Positions 20,380 through 30,531 of a DNA stretch of 64,000 nucleotides are shown here, one piece after another (the first letter of the stretch is position 1; every line of letters starts with the position of its first letter). A model generated the notes under the pieces. That model was not told the origin of the DNA. It made no database searches and was given only the letters and a program-made list of their open reading frames with translations. The translations under genes and the position numbers were made by a program. The stretch is from assembly GCA_040387855.1 (NCBI GenBank), contig JAZKCY010000001.1, forward strand, positions 632,793-696,792, given 5' to 3'. This DNA comes from Patescibacteria group bacterium. Its GTDB lineage: Bacteria > Patescibacteriota > Minisyncoccia > Phycocordibacterales > JAKAEA01.

Positions 20380-21756
20380 TTACTTTTTTGTTCCAGCTAC
20401 AATTGTTTCTAACTCTTTAATTTTATCTTTAAGTTCACGTTCTTGGTGAAGAACAGATTGAGACTTGGTCTCTATTTCTGTAACAGAAGCATTGAATGCC
20501 TGTAATTCTTCTTGCACGGCTCCCTCTTCTACCTCTATAGCTCGAAGTTCTTTATCTTTCTGCCATCGTTGTTCTTCAACTATATGCAGATCTGATGGAT
20601 CTTTTGCTGAATGTTCTTTAAGCTCAATAGAATCAATTTCGGTTTGCATTACCTTTTCTTGTTTGTGTATTGCAGCCTCTTTATCAAGAACAACTTTCTT
20701 TTTATCCATTATATCCTTCCAATCCACTTCAAGTTTTTGACGATCAGCAAGAATTACTTTGAGTTTATCCGCCATAACTTTCAACTCTATTTCCGCCTGC
20801 AAAACCCGCTCATTCTTTTTAACTTCATCTATTGCATGTTCTACTTCCGTCTCTTGAAGCATGAGTTTAGCCTGCTCTGAATGAATATCTTGAACTTGCT
20901 TTGTAAGTGTGAGAATTGATTGGTCTATATCCCAACGTTCTTTTTCAATTCGTTGTCGTTCATCTTCCAAACTCCAGCGTTGTTGCTTTAGAGCCTTTTT
21001 TTCTTCAATAGTATCTACCTCGCTTTCTTTTAGACGTATTGCACGCACCTGCTTTTCTATATCATCTTCCTGAGCCTTCAAGGGCTGACGTTTAGCATCA
21101 ATCTCATGAAGTGATGATTCTAAAGTTGCCTGATCTGTTTCAAGTTTTTTCTGTTGATCCATGAGTGAAGTAACTTCATCTTGCAAAGAAATTTCCTTCT
21201 TTTGAAGTTTCTCCAATGGTGAAAGTTCTTTAACGGGTTCAGGTTTAGGTTCCGGTGCAACAACTTTAGGTTCAGGCTTAATTTCTTGGACAGGAGGTTC
21301 CACTTCTGTAATTGGCTCTGCTATTGGGGCCTGTTGCACTACTGGCTCAGGTGCGGCTTGTGTGGGCTGCTGTGGCTTTGCTTTATCTTTTAGACTTAAA
21401 ACAAAGTCAGCGACGCCAGATTCTCCAGTAGTGTCATCAAGATCGACAACATTATCTTTAAACTCTTGCTGTTCTGGCTTTTTATCTTTAGGATCAACTG
21501 CTTTTGGTTGCTTCATCTCTTCTCGAACAATTTGATCTCGAGGATCAATCGTTACTCCATCGGTAGTCGTATCAAAGTTACCAAAATTATTTAGATTCCT
21601 TCTATTCTGAGCCTGCTTAATAACTTCAGGATCAATTTTTGCTAATTGTTCTGGAGTCAATTGATTGTTGCGAATCAATTCTGCTATATCATCAGTGTAG
21701 GTACGCAGCTGATGAATCTCTGAAGCTGGATCTTTTTTATTATTAGATGTCGGCAT
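20380..21756 (-). CDS. Long coiled-coil protein with Pro-rich linker
   Basis: Heptad E/K/Q-rich C-terminal half with repeated (Q)QRW motif; TATACT 6 nt before ATG. Confidence 0.8.
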   Translation of the reverse strand: MPTSNNKKDPASEIHQLRTYTDDIAELIRNNQLTPEQLAKIDPEVIKQAQNRRNLNNFGNFDTTTDGVTIDPRDQIVREEMKQPKAVDPKDKKPEQQEFKDNVVDLDDTTGESGVADFVLSLKDKAKPQQPTQAAPEPVVQQAPIAEPITEVEPPVQEIKPEPKVVAPEPKPEPVKELSPLEKLQKKEISLQDEVTSLMDQQKKLETDQATLESSLHEIDAKRQPLKAQEDDIEKQVRAIRLKESEVDTIEEKKALKQQRWSLEDERQRIEKERWDIDQSILTLTKQVQDIHSEQAKLMLQETEVEHAIDEVKKNERVLQAEIELKVMADKLKVILADRQKLEVDWKDIMDKKKVVLDKEAAIHKQEKVMQTEIDSIELKEHSAKDPSDLHIVEEQRWQKDKELRAIEVEEGAVQEELQAFNASVTEIETKSQSVLHQERELKDKIKELETIVAGTKK

Positions 21757-21786
21757 ACCTAGAGTATAATCTATTTTTAGTTACAC

Positions 21787-21819
21787 AAAAAGCCCCCAAG
21801 CTTACTGTGGGGGCTTTTT
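21787..21819. terminator. Bidirectional-type terminator hairpin
   Basis: AAAAAGCCCCCA-N9-TGGGGGCTTTTT. Confidence 0.8.
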
Positions 21820-21975
21820 ATTCTTTTTACTTCTATAATCTTTACTACAATCTGGCTCTATGCATTTTCTGTTTTGGTGTGTAGCCTTTTCATTATGGGG
21901 AGATTCGCCCTTATATAGTGGATCTTGCAATTCATCCAAATTCATAGAAAGTATCTTCCGGTAATCACGTGTCAT
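21802..21975 (-). CDS. Putative 57-aa small protein (not in ORF track)
   Basis: Hand translation MTRDYRKILSMNLDELQDPLYKGESPHNEKATHQNRKCIEPDCSKDYRSKKNKKPPQ; ECF-like motif just upstream, terminator at its end. Confidence 0.45.
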   Translation of the reverse strand: MTRDYRKILSMNLDELQDPLYKGESPHNEKATHQNRKCIEPDCSKDYRSKKNKKPPQ

Positions 21976-22058
21976 ATCTACTACGACGAAGATATACCTA
22001 GTTATTACAGATACTTACATTAGAACCTATGAATGCTTTCAAAATCAACGTCAGCTAT

Positions 22059-22823
22059 TTACTCTGATTTTTTCACAATAACATCCTTAAAACCTTCAAA
22101 TGATCGGAGGATTTCAAGTGGCACCGTAAATACGACAGTGTTAGATTGATCTGATGAAATGTCATTAATGGATTGCAAAGTTCGGAGATGGAGAGCACCA
22201 GGCACAGATCCAAGTACTCTTGCTGCTTCTGCCATATTCTGAGAAGCTGCAAGTTCTCCTTCAGAATTAATAATTACCGCTCGCTTCTCTCGTTCTGCTT
22301 CTGCTTGTTTTGCAATTGTTCGTTCCATATCTGCTGGGAGACTCACATCTTTCAGTTCTACATTATTTACTTTAAGTCCCCACGCATCTGTTTCAGTATC
22401 AACAATTTCTTTAATTCGATCTGCCAATTTATCTCGGTTTGCTAAAAGCTCATCTAGGGTTACTTCACCTACGATGTTTCGCATTGTTGTTTGCGCATAC
22501 TGAGAAATTGCATAGCGAAAATCTTCTACTTCAAGAATAGCTTTCTCAGCCGACTGAACTTTATAATAAATCACTGCATTAACAGTTACAGACACGTTAT
22601 CACGAGTAATGGCTTTCTGATCAGGCACATCCACAGCTTTCACTCGCATATCTACTTTGCTATAACTCTGAAAAATAGGAATGATAATTCTCCACCCCGG
22701 CTCAAGAATTGAGGTAAATCTACCCATGGTAAATTTGAGGCCTCGCTCATACTGGTTGATCTGTCGAAGACTAATTAGAATGACTCCGACAACCACAATC
22801 AAAACGATTACTATTGGTGCCAT
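22059..22823 (-). CDS. SPFH/band 7 (stomatin/slipin-like) protein
   Basis: VDMRV, ITRDNVSVTVNAVIYY, AQTTMR, AKQAEAERE, LRTLQ. Confidence 0.95.
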   Translation of the reverse strand: MAPIVIVLIVVVGVILISLRQINQYERGLKFTMGRFTSILEPGWRIIIPIFQSYSKVDMRVKAVDVPDQKAITRDNVSVTVNAVIYYKVQSAEKAILEVEDFRYAISQYAQTTMRNIVGEVTLDELLANRDKLADRIKEIVDTETDAWGLKVNNVELKDVSLPADMERTIAKQAEAEREKRAVIINSEGELAASQNMAEAARVLGSVPGALHLRTLQSINDISSDQSNTVVFTVPLEILRSFEGFKDVIVKKSE

Positions 22824-22877
22824 AAATTTTTATTAATTACTTGGCCCAAGTATACCTAAATTTGATGGAAATGCACG

Positions 22878-23873
22878 CTATGCTTGTGCTTGATATGACC
22901 GAGCTGGGGTTCGTCGATAACTTGATAGTCCATGACTAACAATGAGTCCACCTCCTAGAATTCCCAATGCAGCAGCAAATGAAATGAGTGATGTACTTAC
23001 ACCCTTACTCAAGTTGTCATTAACGTTGTAGTAATCACTTGGTGCAAAATAATTCATTACTTTTTGAAGAGGAGTAAATGCAAATGCAGCAGATACTTCA
23101 GATGGAATATTTAACATTAAAGTACTATTTGAAGATTGAGGTTTTTGTGGCTCGTTTATGTTTCCAATTACTGGAGTTGTAGAACTAATTTCAGAAGTAG
23201 TTTGTGTTGTTGTTGCTAGATTTGTATACACATCAGTCGTTGTTGCTGAAGTGATTGTTGCAGCCTGTCTTTCAATTTGTACTAATGGCGCAAAAAATGT
23301 TGCAATAGGATTCTGGCGAATTATTGTTTGAATTGGAGACGGCGTTGGATTTGTAGGTGCTGGTGGTTGAACAGGAGGAACAACTACTGGTGGAGCAACA
23401 ATTACAGGATCTTCATTTTCTTCTTGTTCATCTTCCTCTTCATCCTCACTTACATTTTCTTCGTCATCAGTATCTTCAGGTACAGTTGGTTCTTCTGGTG
23501 CAGGTGGATTAGGATTTAGCACAGGCGGTATCACAACAGGGGGAATAACTACAGGAGGAATAACAATCACAGGATCTTCATTCTCCTCTTCTGGTTCTGC
23601 TGGGGGTGGTACTGGTGTTTCAGGAGTTGGTTCTGGTTCAGGTTGTGATTCAGGAATAGAGGTTTCAGTAGGAGTCTCTTGTTTATTTACTTCTTGCTTT
23701 TCTTCCTTTTTTTCTTGTTTAGCTTCTTTCTTTTCTTCCTGAGGAGTAACTGTTTCAACAGCCTCTCCATCATCTTCGTTGGCAAATACTGCAGATCCAT
23801 TTGGTACAGCGAGCACAGCAAGGAGCACAAAGCTCATAATCAGACTACCTGTTTTTTTGTTAAGCAATTTCAT
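22878..23873 (-). CDS. Pro/Glu/Thr-rich surface protein with signal peptide and C-terminal TM
   Basis: Signal peptide, duplicated EENEDPVIV.PPVV.PPV block, C-terminal hydrophobic helix. Confidence 0.8.
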   Translation of the reverse strand: MKLLNKKTGSLIMSFVLLAVLAVPNGSAVFANEDDGEAVETVTPQEEKKEAKQEKKEEKQEVNKQETPTETSIPESQPEPEPTPETPVPPPAEPEEENEDPVIVIPPVVIPPVVIPPVLNPNPPAPEEPTVPEDTDDEENVSEDEEEDEQEENEDPVIVAPPVVVPPVQPPAPTNPTPSPIQTIIRQNPIATFFAPLVQIERQAATITSATTTDVYTNLATTTQTTSEISSTTPVIGNINEPQKPQSSNSTLMLNIPSEVSAAFAFTPLQKVMNYFAPSDYYNVNDNLSKGVSTSLISFAAALGILGGGLIVSHGLSSYRRTPARSYQAQA

Positions 23874-23882
23874 CTAGTCACT

Positions 23883-23908
23883 GACGTAAAATTGCCATGT
23901 GAGTTACA
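23883..23908 (-). promoter_or_regulatory. ECF sigma-type promoter
   Basis: TGTAAC-N16-CGTC, with ATG 23873 nine nt after CGTC. Confidence 0.7.
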
Positions 23909-24014
23909 CAATTTCTACTTACATAATGAATTTTGGATTATGAAAAGCAACTCATTTGACTAATATTATTTCATATTGCATTATTTACAGCGTACTCGTA
24001 CAAAGGAGCCTTAT

Positions 24015-24512
24015 ATGTGGCGATGGATTCGTAGGGTTGTATATGTCTTCCTCTTACCCATAGGAATCGTTTTCCTCGGTTGGGAGACTAAGGACCTCAT
24101 TCGGGGTCTTAGTCGAAATCCACTTTCATGGGTCATCGTACCCTTGGCGTGGATTGGGATTGGTTTATTGGTCTACAACACCGCCAAAGTAAAGCGGAGG
24201 GTTTACTTCAAACGCAGCAAGAGCAGCGATCCCCTCAAGCATGGGTATTTCGTTAACAGGAAAAAGTCTCATCTGATCATTTTCCCGTTTTACTCCGACG
24301 AAACGGCAATCGCAGCGCTTGACCAACTGATAGCACAGGGGTTGGTGCCAGCACAAGAACGACCGTGGCTTCTTGAAGAAATTCAGAGGCTCAAGCTTCC
24401 AGAAAAGACGTGGCCAGCTGAACGTGCAAGGATTCAAGCTATGCAACACGCACTAGCCATACGTTGGCTAATAGTTGTTGGAGTTGTGAATCTGCACCAT
24501 CAAAATAACTAA
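24015..24512 (+). CDS. GC-elevated orphan membrane protein
   Basis: AAAGGAG Shine-Dalgarno before ATG 24015; two N-terminal TM; own terminator. Confidence 0.75.
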   Translation: MWRWIRRVVYVFLLPIGIVFLGWETKDLIRGLSRNPLSWVIVPLAWIGIGLLVYNTAKVKRRVYFKRSKSSDPLKHGYFVNRKKSHLIIFPFYSDETAIAALDQLIAQGLVPAQERPWLLEEIQRLKLPEKTWPAERARIQAMQHALAIRWLIVVGVVNLHHQNN

Positions 24513-24513
24513 A

Positions 24514-24544
24514 GCGAGACACCACCTGGTGCCTCGCATTTTTA
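24514..24544 (+). terminator. Intrinsic terminator
   Basis: GCGAG-A-CACCA-cc-TGGTG-C-CTCGC then T-run. Confidence 0.7.
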
Positions 24545-24569
24545 TATCTTTTTATTCTAAATTTTAAAA

Positions 24570-25247
24570 TTACTTGAGAGTAATATTTTTTATTACAACA
24601 GGTTCTAATGGACGATCATTCTGATTTGTCTCTACTGCTTCTATTGCTTTTACTACATCCATTCCCTGAGTCACTTTACCAAACACTGTATGTTTACCAT
24701 CTAAAAAATTGTTATTTTTAAGATTAATAAAAAACTGACTGCCGTTTGTATTTGCTCCAGAGTTTGCCATAGCAATAGTTCCTTCATCGTTTTTATTTGT
24801 AGAGGTGATTTCATCAGCAAATTTATATCCTGGTCCCCCAGTTCCCCACATTGCCTGTTTTGAATCATCTTTTGAAAGTGGATCTCCACCTTGAATCATA
24901 AAATCTTGAATCACTCGATGAAACTTAACACCGTCATAAAAACCTGTAGATGCTAGCTTTGTAAAGTTTTCAACAGTTTGTGGAGCTTGTGAAGCAAAGA
25001 ATTCTAACGTTATATCTCCTTTATTTGTGTGTAATGTTGCATTCATAAATTTTTGTTGATTAGTTGATGATGATACTGAACTTCCAGGATTTTGCAAAGG
25101 AGTAGATGTACCATATGGCAATACTACTTCTGAGGTGTTTATACCTTGAAGTGCACTATTTTGTGGACTTTTATTTCCATATATCAACCAGATAACAACA
25201 GCACTAATAAGAAAAAGCAAAACCACAGAAAGGATCCTTTTAAACAT
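24570..25247 (-). CDS. Cyclophilin-type peptidyl-prolyl isomerase, membrane anchored
   Basis: FHRVIQDFMIQGGDP, AMANSG, NGSQFFI, LDGKHTVFG. Confidence 0.96.
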   Translation of the reverse strand: MFKRILSVVLLFLISAVVIWLIYGNKSPQNSALQGINTSEVVLPYGTSTPLQNPGSSVSSSTNQQKFMNATLHTNKGDITLEFFASQAPQTVENFTKLASTGFYDGVKFHRVIQDFMIQGGDPLSKDDSKQAMWGTGGPGYKFADEITSTNKNDEGTIAMANSGANTNGSQFFINLKNNNFLDGKHTVFGKVTQGMDVVKAIEAVETNQNDRPLEPVVIKNITLK

Positions 25248-25274
25248 ATTTATTTTAAGCTAACACTATTTAAT

Positions 25275-26051
25275 TTAATCCTCTTCAGGTGGAGGTGCTT
25301 CTGCAGTTACGTGTCCCGCAAACGAAGTGTTGTAAATTTTAACATTATCAATTAATCCTGTAAAAAAATATACTGTTGGATGATCACTGTATCCTATTCG
25401 AATCGAATCTTGCCAATCAAAATTAGACATTGTATTGAGACCTTGCCCTACTTTATCACCATCAATATATAATTGATGAGGTCCTAAATTTCCTCCAAAA
25501 CTAAAGAAAGCATAGTGCCAGTTGTTGTCATTGTATGTTTTGGGTGAACAAATTGTTTCATCTGTAGCATCTCCCCAAACACGTGAACATACTGCTCCAT
25601 TTTGCATTCTAAGATTTCGATCATTACCTCCTCCATCTACTTCAAATAATCCTCCATTTAAAGCACTAGTTTTAAACCATAATCCAACACTAAACTCTGT
25701 TTCTGAAACATTCATTGGCACAGAAATAAAATTATCACTTCCATCGAGCGAAAGTGATTTACCAGCTAGGCTTGAAGTAGGAACATCTGATGAATAAACA
25801 GCTGATGTAATAGTTCCGGTGTAGACACCAGTTGTATCAACTACCGAATCATCAAAATTAAACTGTGCAAGAAGTTCATCACCACGTGCATTAAATACAG
25901 ATCGCTCAAACTGCTGAGCAGCAGCAACACGAGCTTTAATACGAGCATTATTTAGTACAACAACTACTATGCTTGATAGAACACCAATAATAGCAATGAC
26001 CACTAAAAGTTCGATGAGTGTAAATCCTCTTTTGTGTTTATTTAAAACCAT
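25275..26051 (-). CDS. Type IV pilin-like protein with LamG (concanavalin-like) domain
   Basis: KRGFTLIELLVVIAIIG N-methylation motif; WFKT...WHY...LYIDG...FTGLIDNVKIY. Confidence 0.9.
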   Translation of the reverse strand: MVLNKHKRGFTLIELLVVIAIIGVLSSIVVVVLNNARIKARVAAAQQFERSVFNARGDELLAQFNFDDSVVDTTGVYTGTITSAVYSSDVPTSSLAGKSLSLDGSDNFISVPMNVSETEFSVGLWFKTSALNGGLFEVDGGGNDRNLRMQNGAVCSRVWGDATDETICSPKTYNDNNWHYAFFSFGGNLGPHQLYIDGDKVGQGLNTMSNFDWQDSIRIGYSDHPTVYFFTGLIDNVKIYNTSFAGHVTAEAPPPEED

Positions 26052-26127
26052 GTGATCTTACAATAAGATATTCTAATTATAGCAGAGCTTACTATTTAAT
26101 ACAGGTTTATACACTGGATAACTAAAA

Positions 26128-27972
26128 TTATGTACTTATAGGAATTTTAAAACAGAATGTAGTTCCCTTCTTTGAGGATGACTCCACCCAAATTTCACCC
26201 TTGTGACGAGTAATAATTTCTTTTGAAATAAAGAGTCCCAACCCTAATCCCGGAAATGTAGTTTTTGATGATAGACTACTGCGATAAAATTGATCAAATA
26301 TTCGTGGTAGATCTTGTTTTGAAATTCCAATACCAAAATCTTGAACCATACAAGTAAGATACCCAGACTTGCAAGATGTCTTAATTACTATTTTTTGAGC
26401 ATTAGGTGAATACTTTATTGCATTAGTAATAAAATTTGTTATTACCTGACCGATTCTGTCTCTATCACCCTTAACATTTTCAGATTTTGCCAACTGTAAA
26501 ACAATTTTATGATTTTCAGACATATGCTGAAGTTCATCTACTGTCTCAATAAGAAGCTCGTTGAAATCAAAAAATCCAGAATTAAACTGCATTCTTCCTG
26601 ATTGAATTTTTGTAACATCAAGCAAATCAGTAATTAGTAATGAAAGCTTATTTACCTGAAGATCCATTTTATCCATAAGCTCTGCAGCTTTCACATCACC
26701 TTTATTTAAAAACATTTTACTTAAAACCTGCCCATACATTTTGATGCTTGTTACAGGAGTTTTAAGTTCATGACTTGCGATACCAAGAAAGTCATCTTTT
26801 TGACGTTCAAATTCTTTGCTTGCAGTAATATCTTCGTGGACAAGTACAACTTCTCGGATCCTCCCTTCATCATCTTTTACAGGATATATATATGCTTGCA
26901 CCCATTTTGTTACGCTTGAAGTAACATTTTTTATTGTCTTTTCTGTTTCATATTTAATAGCAGGAATCATTGTGGCTTCACCAGAAAAGCCTTTTTGTAT
27001 ATATGGCATGACTCCAGTTTCAACCAATTGCTTATCATTGAGCATATTGTATCCTTTTAGCATATCTAGATTGAGCCCCCACAAACGCTCCCATGCTTTA
27101 TTAACCTGCAAAGTGTATCCATCAGGTGACAATATTTGTGTGCTCAGCAATGATTGCTCAATCATCATTCTATATTTACGCTCACTATCTTTAAGCATTT
27201 CTTCGGTTTTCTTTCGTTCAGAAACATCTGATGTAATTGCAACGATAGAAACTACTTTTTTATTTTCATCAAAAAGCGGCGATGCTGAAACGTTTACATG
27301 AATTTCTGATCCATCTTTCTTATATCTCACTAAGTCTTTTGAGAATGGCTTTCCCTGTAATAAACCCAGCATTAAATCCTTAAATTCCGCAGCTTTTTTC
27401 TTTTGAGGCAGTGGGAGTAATTTTCCCAGAACTTCTTCTTGAGTCCATCCAAAGATTTTTTCACATACTGGATTCCAAAGTAACACACGACCATTCACAT
27501 CGACTACATATATAGCCAGTGGTGAAGAATTAATAATTGTTTCAAGCGTACTATTTGATTGTAATAATTTCCTTTCAAATTCTTTCTGAGTAGTAATATC
27601 ACGAATTGTACTTTGTACAGCTCTCTCTCCGTTGTATTCCAAGCTTATAGATGCAAGTTCAACATCACGAATATTTCTTTTAAGCGTTACAAATTTTTCT
27701 TGAACAATATTTGATTCTGTTTTCTTACCCGCCATAAGAGCACCCATCCGCTGTTTAACAAGCTCATGGTAATCAGGATGAATAAACTTTAATACATGTT
27801 TACCCAATACTTCCTTTTGGCTCTTTGCTTGAATAAGCTGAAGCGCGGCTTGATTTGCATAGACAATAAGCCCTTTCACATGAATTGCAATAGGAAAAGG
27901 TGAGATATTTAGAAGTTCTGTATATCGCTTATCAGTTACCGGAATTTTTTGAGTACGAATCTTTTTATTCAT
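26128..27972 (-). CDS. Cytoplasmic three-PAS histidine kinase
   Basis: PAS repeats, ASHELKTP, NAIKY, GLGLGL. Confidence 0.93.
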   Translation of the reverse strand: MNKKIRTQKIPVTDKRYTELLNISPFPIAIHVKGLIVYANQAALQLIQAKSQKEVLGKHVLKFIHPDYHELVKQRMGALMAGKKTESNIVQEKFVTLKRNIRDVELASISLEYNGERAVQSTIRDITTQKEFERKLLQSNSTLETIINSSPLAIYVVDVNGRVLLWNPVCEKIFGWTQEEVLGKLLPLPQKKKAAEFKDLMLGLLQGKPFSKDLVRYKKDGSEIHVNVSASPLFDENKKVVSIVAITSDVSERKKTEEMLKDSERKYRMMIEQSLLSTQILSPDGYTLQVNKAWERLWGLNLDMLKGYNMLNDKQLVETGVMPYIQKGFSGEATMIPAIKYETEKTIKNVTSSVTKWVQAYIYPVKDDEGRIREVVLVHEDITASKEFERQKDDFLGIASHELKTPVTSIKMYGQVLSKMFLNKGDVKAAELMDKMDLQVNKLSLLITDLLDVTKIQSGRMQFNSGFFDFNELLIETVDELQHMSENHKIVLQLAKSENVKGDRDRIGQVITNFITNAIKYSPNAQKIVIKTSCKSGYLTCMVQDFGIGISKQDLPRIFDQFYRSSLSSKTTFPGLGLGLFISKEIITRHKGEIWVESSSKKGTTFCFKIPIST

Positions 27973-28034
27973 AGCAAGGATGTATGAATAATACTCGTAA
28001 TTACAAAATATTCAATGAAGTTCAGACCTCAAGC

Positions 28035-28565
28035 TTATTTCTTCTTTTTTGTAGCTTTCTTAGGTTTGATTGCTTTCTCTACAATCATTTTGAGTGTAGA
28101 TGGTGCTTGTTGAATTTCTTTAACAGATTCAGATGGTTTAGATACATCTTGTGATTTAAAGAATTTTTCAGCAAATCCAACAAGTTTATCTAGCTTTGCA
28201 TTTACAGATTCAAGCTGTCGTTTAAGCTCTAGAGTGCTTTCTGCAGGACGCTCAACACGTGTTTCCACATGAGGTGCTCGAGGTGCTTCTGATCGGTCTC
28301 GAAAATCTTTGAAATCTTTTCGTGGAGCAAAATCTCGTCGTTCGTTTCGGTCGCCGCCTCGGTCATTTCGATCATTACCTTCTCCTCCTCCCATTGTCTT
28401 AAAACAATCACGGCAGTACACAGGCTTACCATTGGTAGGCTTAAAAGGTACTTCTGTTGGTCTTCCACAATTACTACAGGTTGCCTTATGCATAGTAATT
28501 TCTGGTCGTCTGTTGTTTCCACCTTGAAAACGATTCCCTCCTCGGTCTCTGTTAAAATTTTTCAT
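28035..28565 (-). CDS. CxxC-x17-CxxC zinc-ribbon domain protein
   Basis: CSNCGRPTEVPFKPTNGKPVYCRDCF; R/D/G-rich linker, coiled coil, Lys-rich tail. Confidence 0.92.
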   Translation of the reverse strand: MKNFNRDRGGNRFQGGNNRRPEITMHKATCSNCGRPTEVPFKPTNGKPVYCRDCFKTMGGGEGNDRNDRGGDRNERRDFAPRKDFKDFRDRSEAPRAPHVETRVERPAESTLELKRQLESVNAKLDKLVGFAEKFFKSQDVSKPSESVKEIQQAPSTLKMIVEKAIKPKKATKKKK

Positions 28566-28583
28566 ATCAATATAATTAGAAGC

Positions 28584-28703
28584 TTATCTTGCTTTTTTAG
28601 CAGCCTTAGCCTGATTGCGGGCGTGCTTTATTGCGAGACGCTTTGCAGTTTTTCGAGAACGTGATGCTTTGTTCTTTGTATTTACTGAAGATCGTTTTGC
28701 CAT
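28584..28703 (-). CDS. 39-aa highly basic small protein (not in ORF track)
   Basis: Hand translation MAKRSSVNTKNKASRSRKTAKRLAIKHARNQAKAAKKAR; TATAGT 8 nt before ATG. Confidence 0.7.
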   Translation of the reverse strand: MAKRSSVNTKNKASRSRKTAKRLAIKHARNQAKAAKKAR

Positions 28704-28756
28704 AGTGTCCTACTATACCTTATTAATGAGTAAATGTATACCTTTATTGATACTAC

Positions 28757-29449
28757 CTACAAACTCAATCCAGCTTTCTGCAATTCTTCTTTTTTTACAA
28801 ACACAGGAAAGAGATCCATATTTGTTTCTCGCGTTCCATTCTTGTCATACGCAATCTGCCCCATTCGCTTACTTTCCCATCGCAATTTATTTTCAAAATC
28901 TTGCCGAGTAAAATTTCCCAAATAAGCTTCATCAGCTTGTGATTCTGGATGCTTCCAAGATGTATTTAATGTATTTGTAGAACCCAATCCTGTCTCGCGG
29001 GTAATGTGCTGACTTTTTCCAAAGGCAAGAATTGGTAGGAAAATAAAAGGTAAAAAGAGAAGTCCAAGCATAAAACCAATTCCCTTTCCAAAAGATTTAG
29101 TAAGTCCATAAATAAGTGCAATTCCAGCAAAGATACTTACAAACGGAATAAACATAAGTAATACAATCCAAATTGGTAGGCCCGAAATTCGTGACATCAC
29201 AATGAGGTTATAGATAGGAACAATACTTGCCCACCCAGGTTCTCCAGCTTTTTGAAATATTTTCCAAGTAGATACAATCATTACGATAAACACGGCAAGC
29301 ATAAATACAACCATACCAATGCTTGCTCCACCCAACCATTCTGGACACGGAACTATCTCACCATTTACACGGCATACAGTATCAGCAAGACTAACTAATG
29401 GAATAATAAAACTAGCGACAAAAACAAGTGATAATAAAAATTTCTTCAT
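28757..29449 (-). CDS. DUF5684-family membrane protein
   Basis: WKIFQKAGEPGWASIVPIYN, SFGKGIGF, LPILAFG. Confidence 0.85.
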   Translation of the reverse strand: MKKFLLSLVFVASFIIPLVSLADTVCRVNGEIVPCPEWLGGASIGMVVFMLAVFIVMIVSTWKIFQKAGEPGWASIVPIYNLIVMSRISGLPIWIVLLMFIPFVSIFAGIALIYGLTKSFGKGIGFMLGLLFLPFIFLPILAFGKSQHITRETGLGSTNTLNTSWKHPESQADEAYLGNFTRQDFENKLRWESKRMGQIAYDKNGTRETNMDLFPVFVKKEELQKAGLSL

Positions 29450-29535
29450 GATCAAACTATTATCACACTAATTGAGTTGCTCAGCAATACGCAAATTATC
29501 TTTACAATCTTCATACAATTCCCTACACTTTACCA

Positions 29536-30531
29536 ATGATTGTGAAACGCCTCCTTGGCATTTATAAAGAACCCCAGCTATTAGTCTATAGAAGCTTTGC
29601 GAATGCTGATTTTGTATACATAACTGGACGAGTTATAGAGCAAACAAAAAAGTCATCAGCATCTTCTTCGTTGCGAAATATAGTAGCACTCGCTCGAGCA
29701 TATCTTGCACGACCGTTTAAGAATTTTGAAGTGCAGATTATTTCTGATACAGATACTCGCATTGTAAAAACAAATAAGAATGGCATCTTTGAAATTAAGC
29801 ATCCATATAAAACAGGAGAATTACTTCAAGCAAAAATCAATAATCAGATAGTCCCTATTGAAATTGCTGCTTCTATAGAAAAAGCATCGTATGGAATAAT
29901 CTCTGATGTTGATGACACTATTCTTATTTCAAATGTGACACGTGTTTTTGTTCTGCTTTATTTAGTATTTACAAAAAATGCCCACTCACGCAAACCCTTC
30001 CCTGGAGTTGCCGAGTTTTATCAAGCACTCGTACATCCTCACAATCCCATTTTTTATGTTTCCTCAACAACATGGAACCTCTACGGCATGCTTATAGAAT
30101 TTATGAGTATCAATTCTATTCCCACCGGTCCATTACTACTCAAAGAAGTTTCGAGTATTAAGGCTGTGTACACAACTTCGGGCAATCACAATCACAAACA
30201 AGAAAAAATAGAAATGATTTTGGATGTGTATCCAACCCTTCAATTCATTTTACTCGGAGACAGTGGCCAGCAAGATGTAGAGATTTATAGTGCTATCGTA
30301 AAAAAATATCCCGACAGAATTAAAGTTATTTACATTAGAGATATCAGCGTTAAAAAACATGACATCATTAAAGAAACCATACAGACAGTTGATGGCAAAG
30401 TAGATGTAGTGTTTGTGAAAACATCTGCTGAAGCTGCAGCACATGCGTTGAAACATGGCTTTATCGCATCTAAAGATGAAAAAGAAATTAAAGAAGGAGT
30501 AGCTCAAGAGGCTAACTTTTTGGGACAATAA
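29536..30531 (+). CDS. App1-family (DUF2183) phosphatidate phosphatase-like HAD protein
   Basis: IISDVDDT, FYVSST, LLGDSGQQD, IYIR. Confidence 0.88.
   Translation: MIVKRLLGIYKEPQLLVYRSFANADFVYITGRVIEQTKKSSASSSLRNIVALARAYLARPFKNFEVQIISDTDTRIVKTNKNGIFEIKHPYKTGELLQAKINNQIVPIEIAASIEKASYGIISDVDDTILISNVTRVFVLLYLVFTKNAHSRKPFPGVAEFYQALVHPHNPIFYVSSTTWNLYGMLIEFMSINSIPTGPLLLKEVSSIKAVYTTSGNHNHKQEKIEMILDVYPTLQFILLGDSGQQDVEIYSAIVKKYPDRIKVIYIRDISVKKHDIIKETIQTVDGKVDVVFVKTSAEAAAHALKHGFIASKDEKEIKEGVAQEANFLGQ

Noticed and set aside
23380-23660. Short repeats as a CRISPR array or tandem-repeat element
   Set aside because: They are coding repeats (PPVV, EP) within a surface protein; no constant repeat-spacer period and no cas genes.
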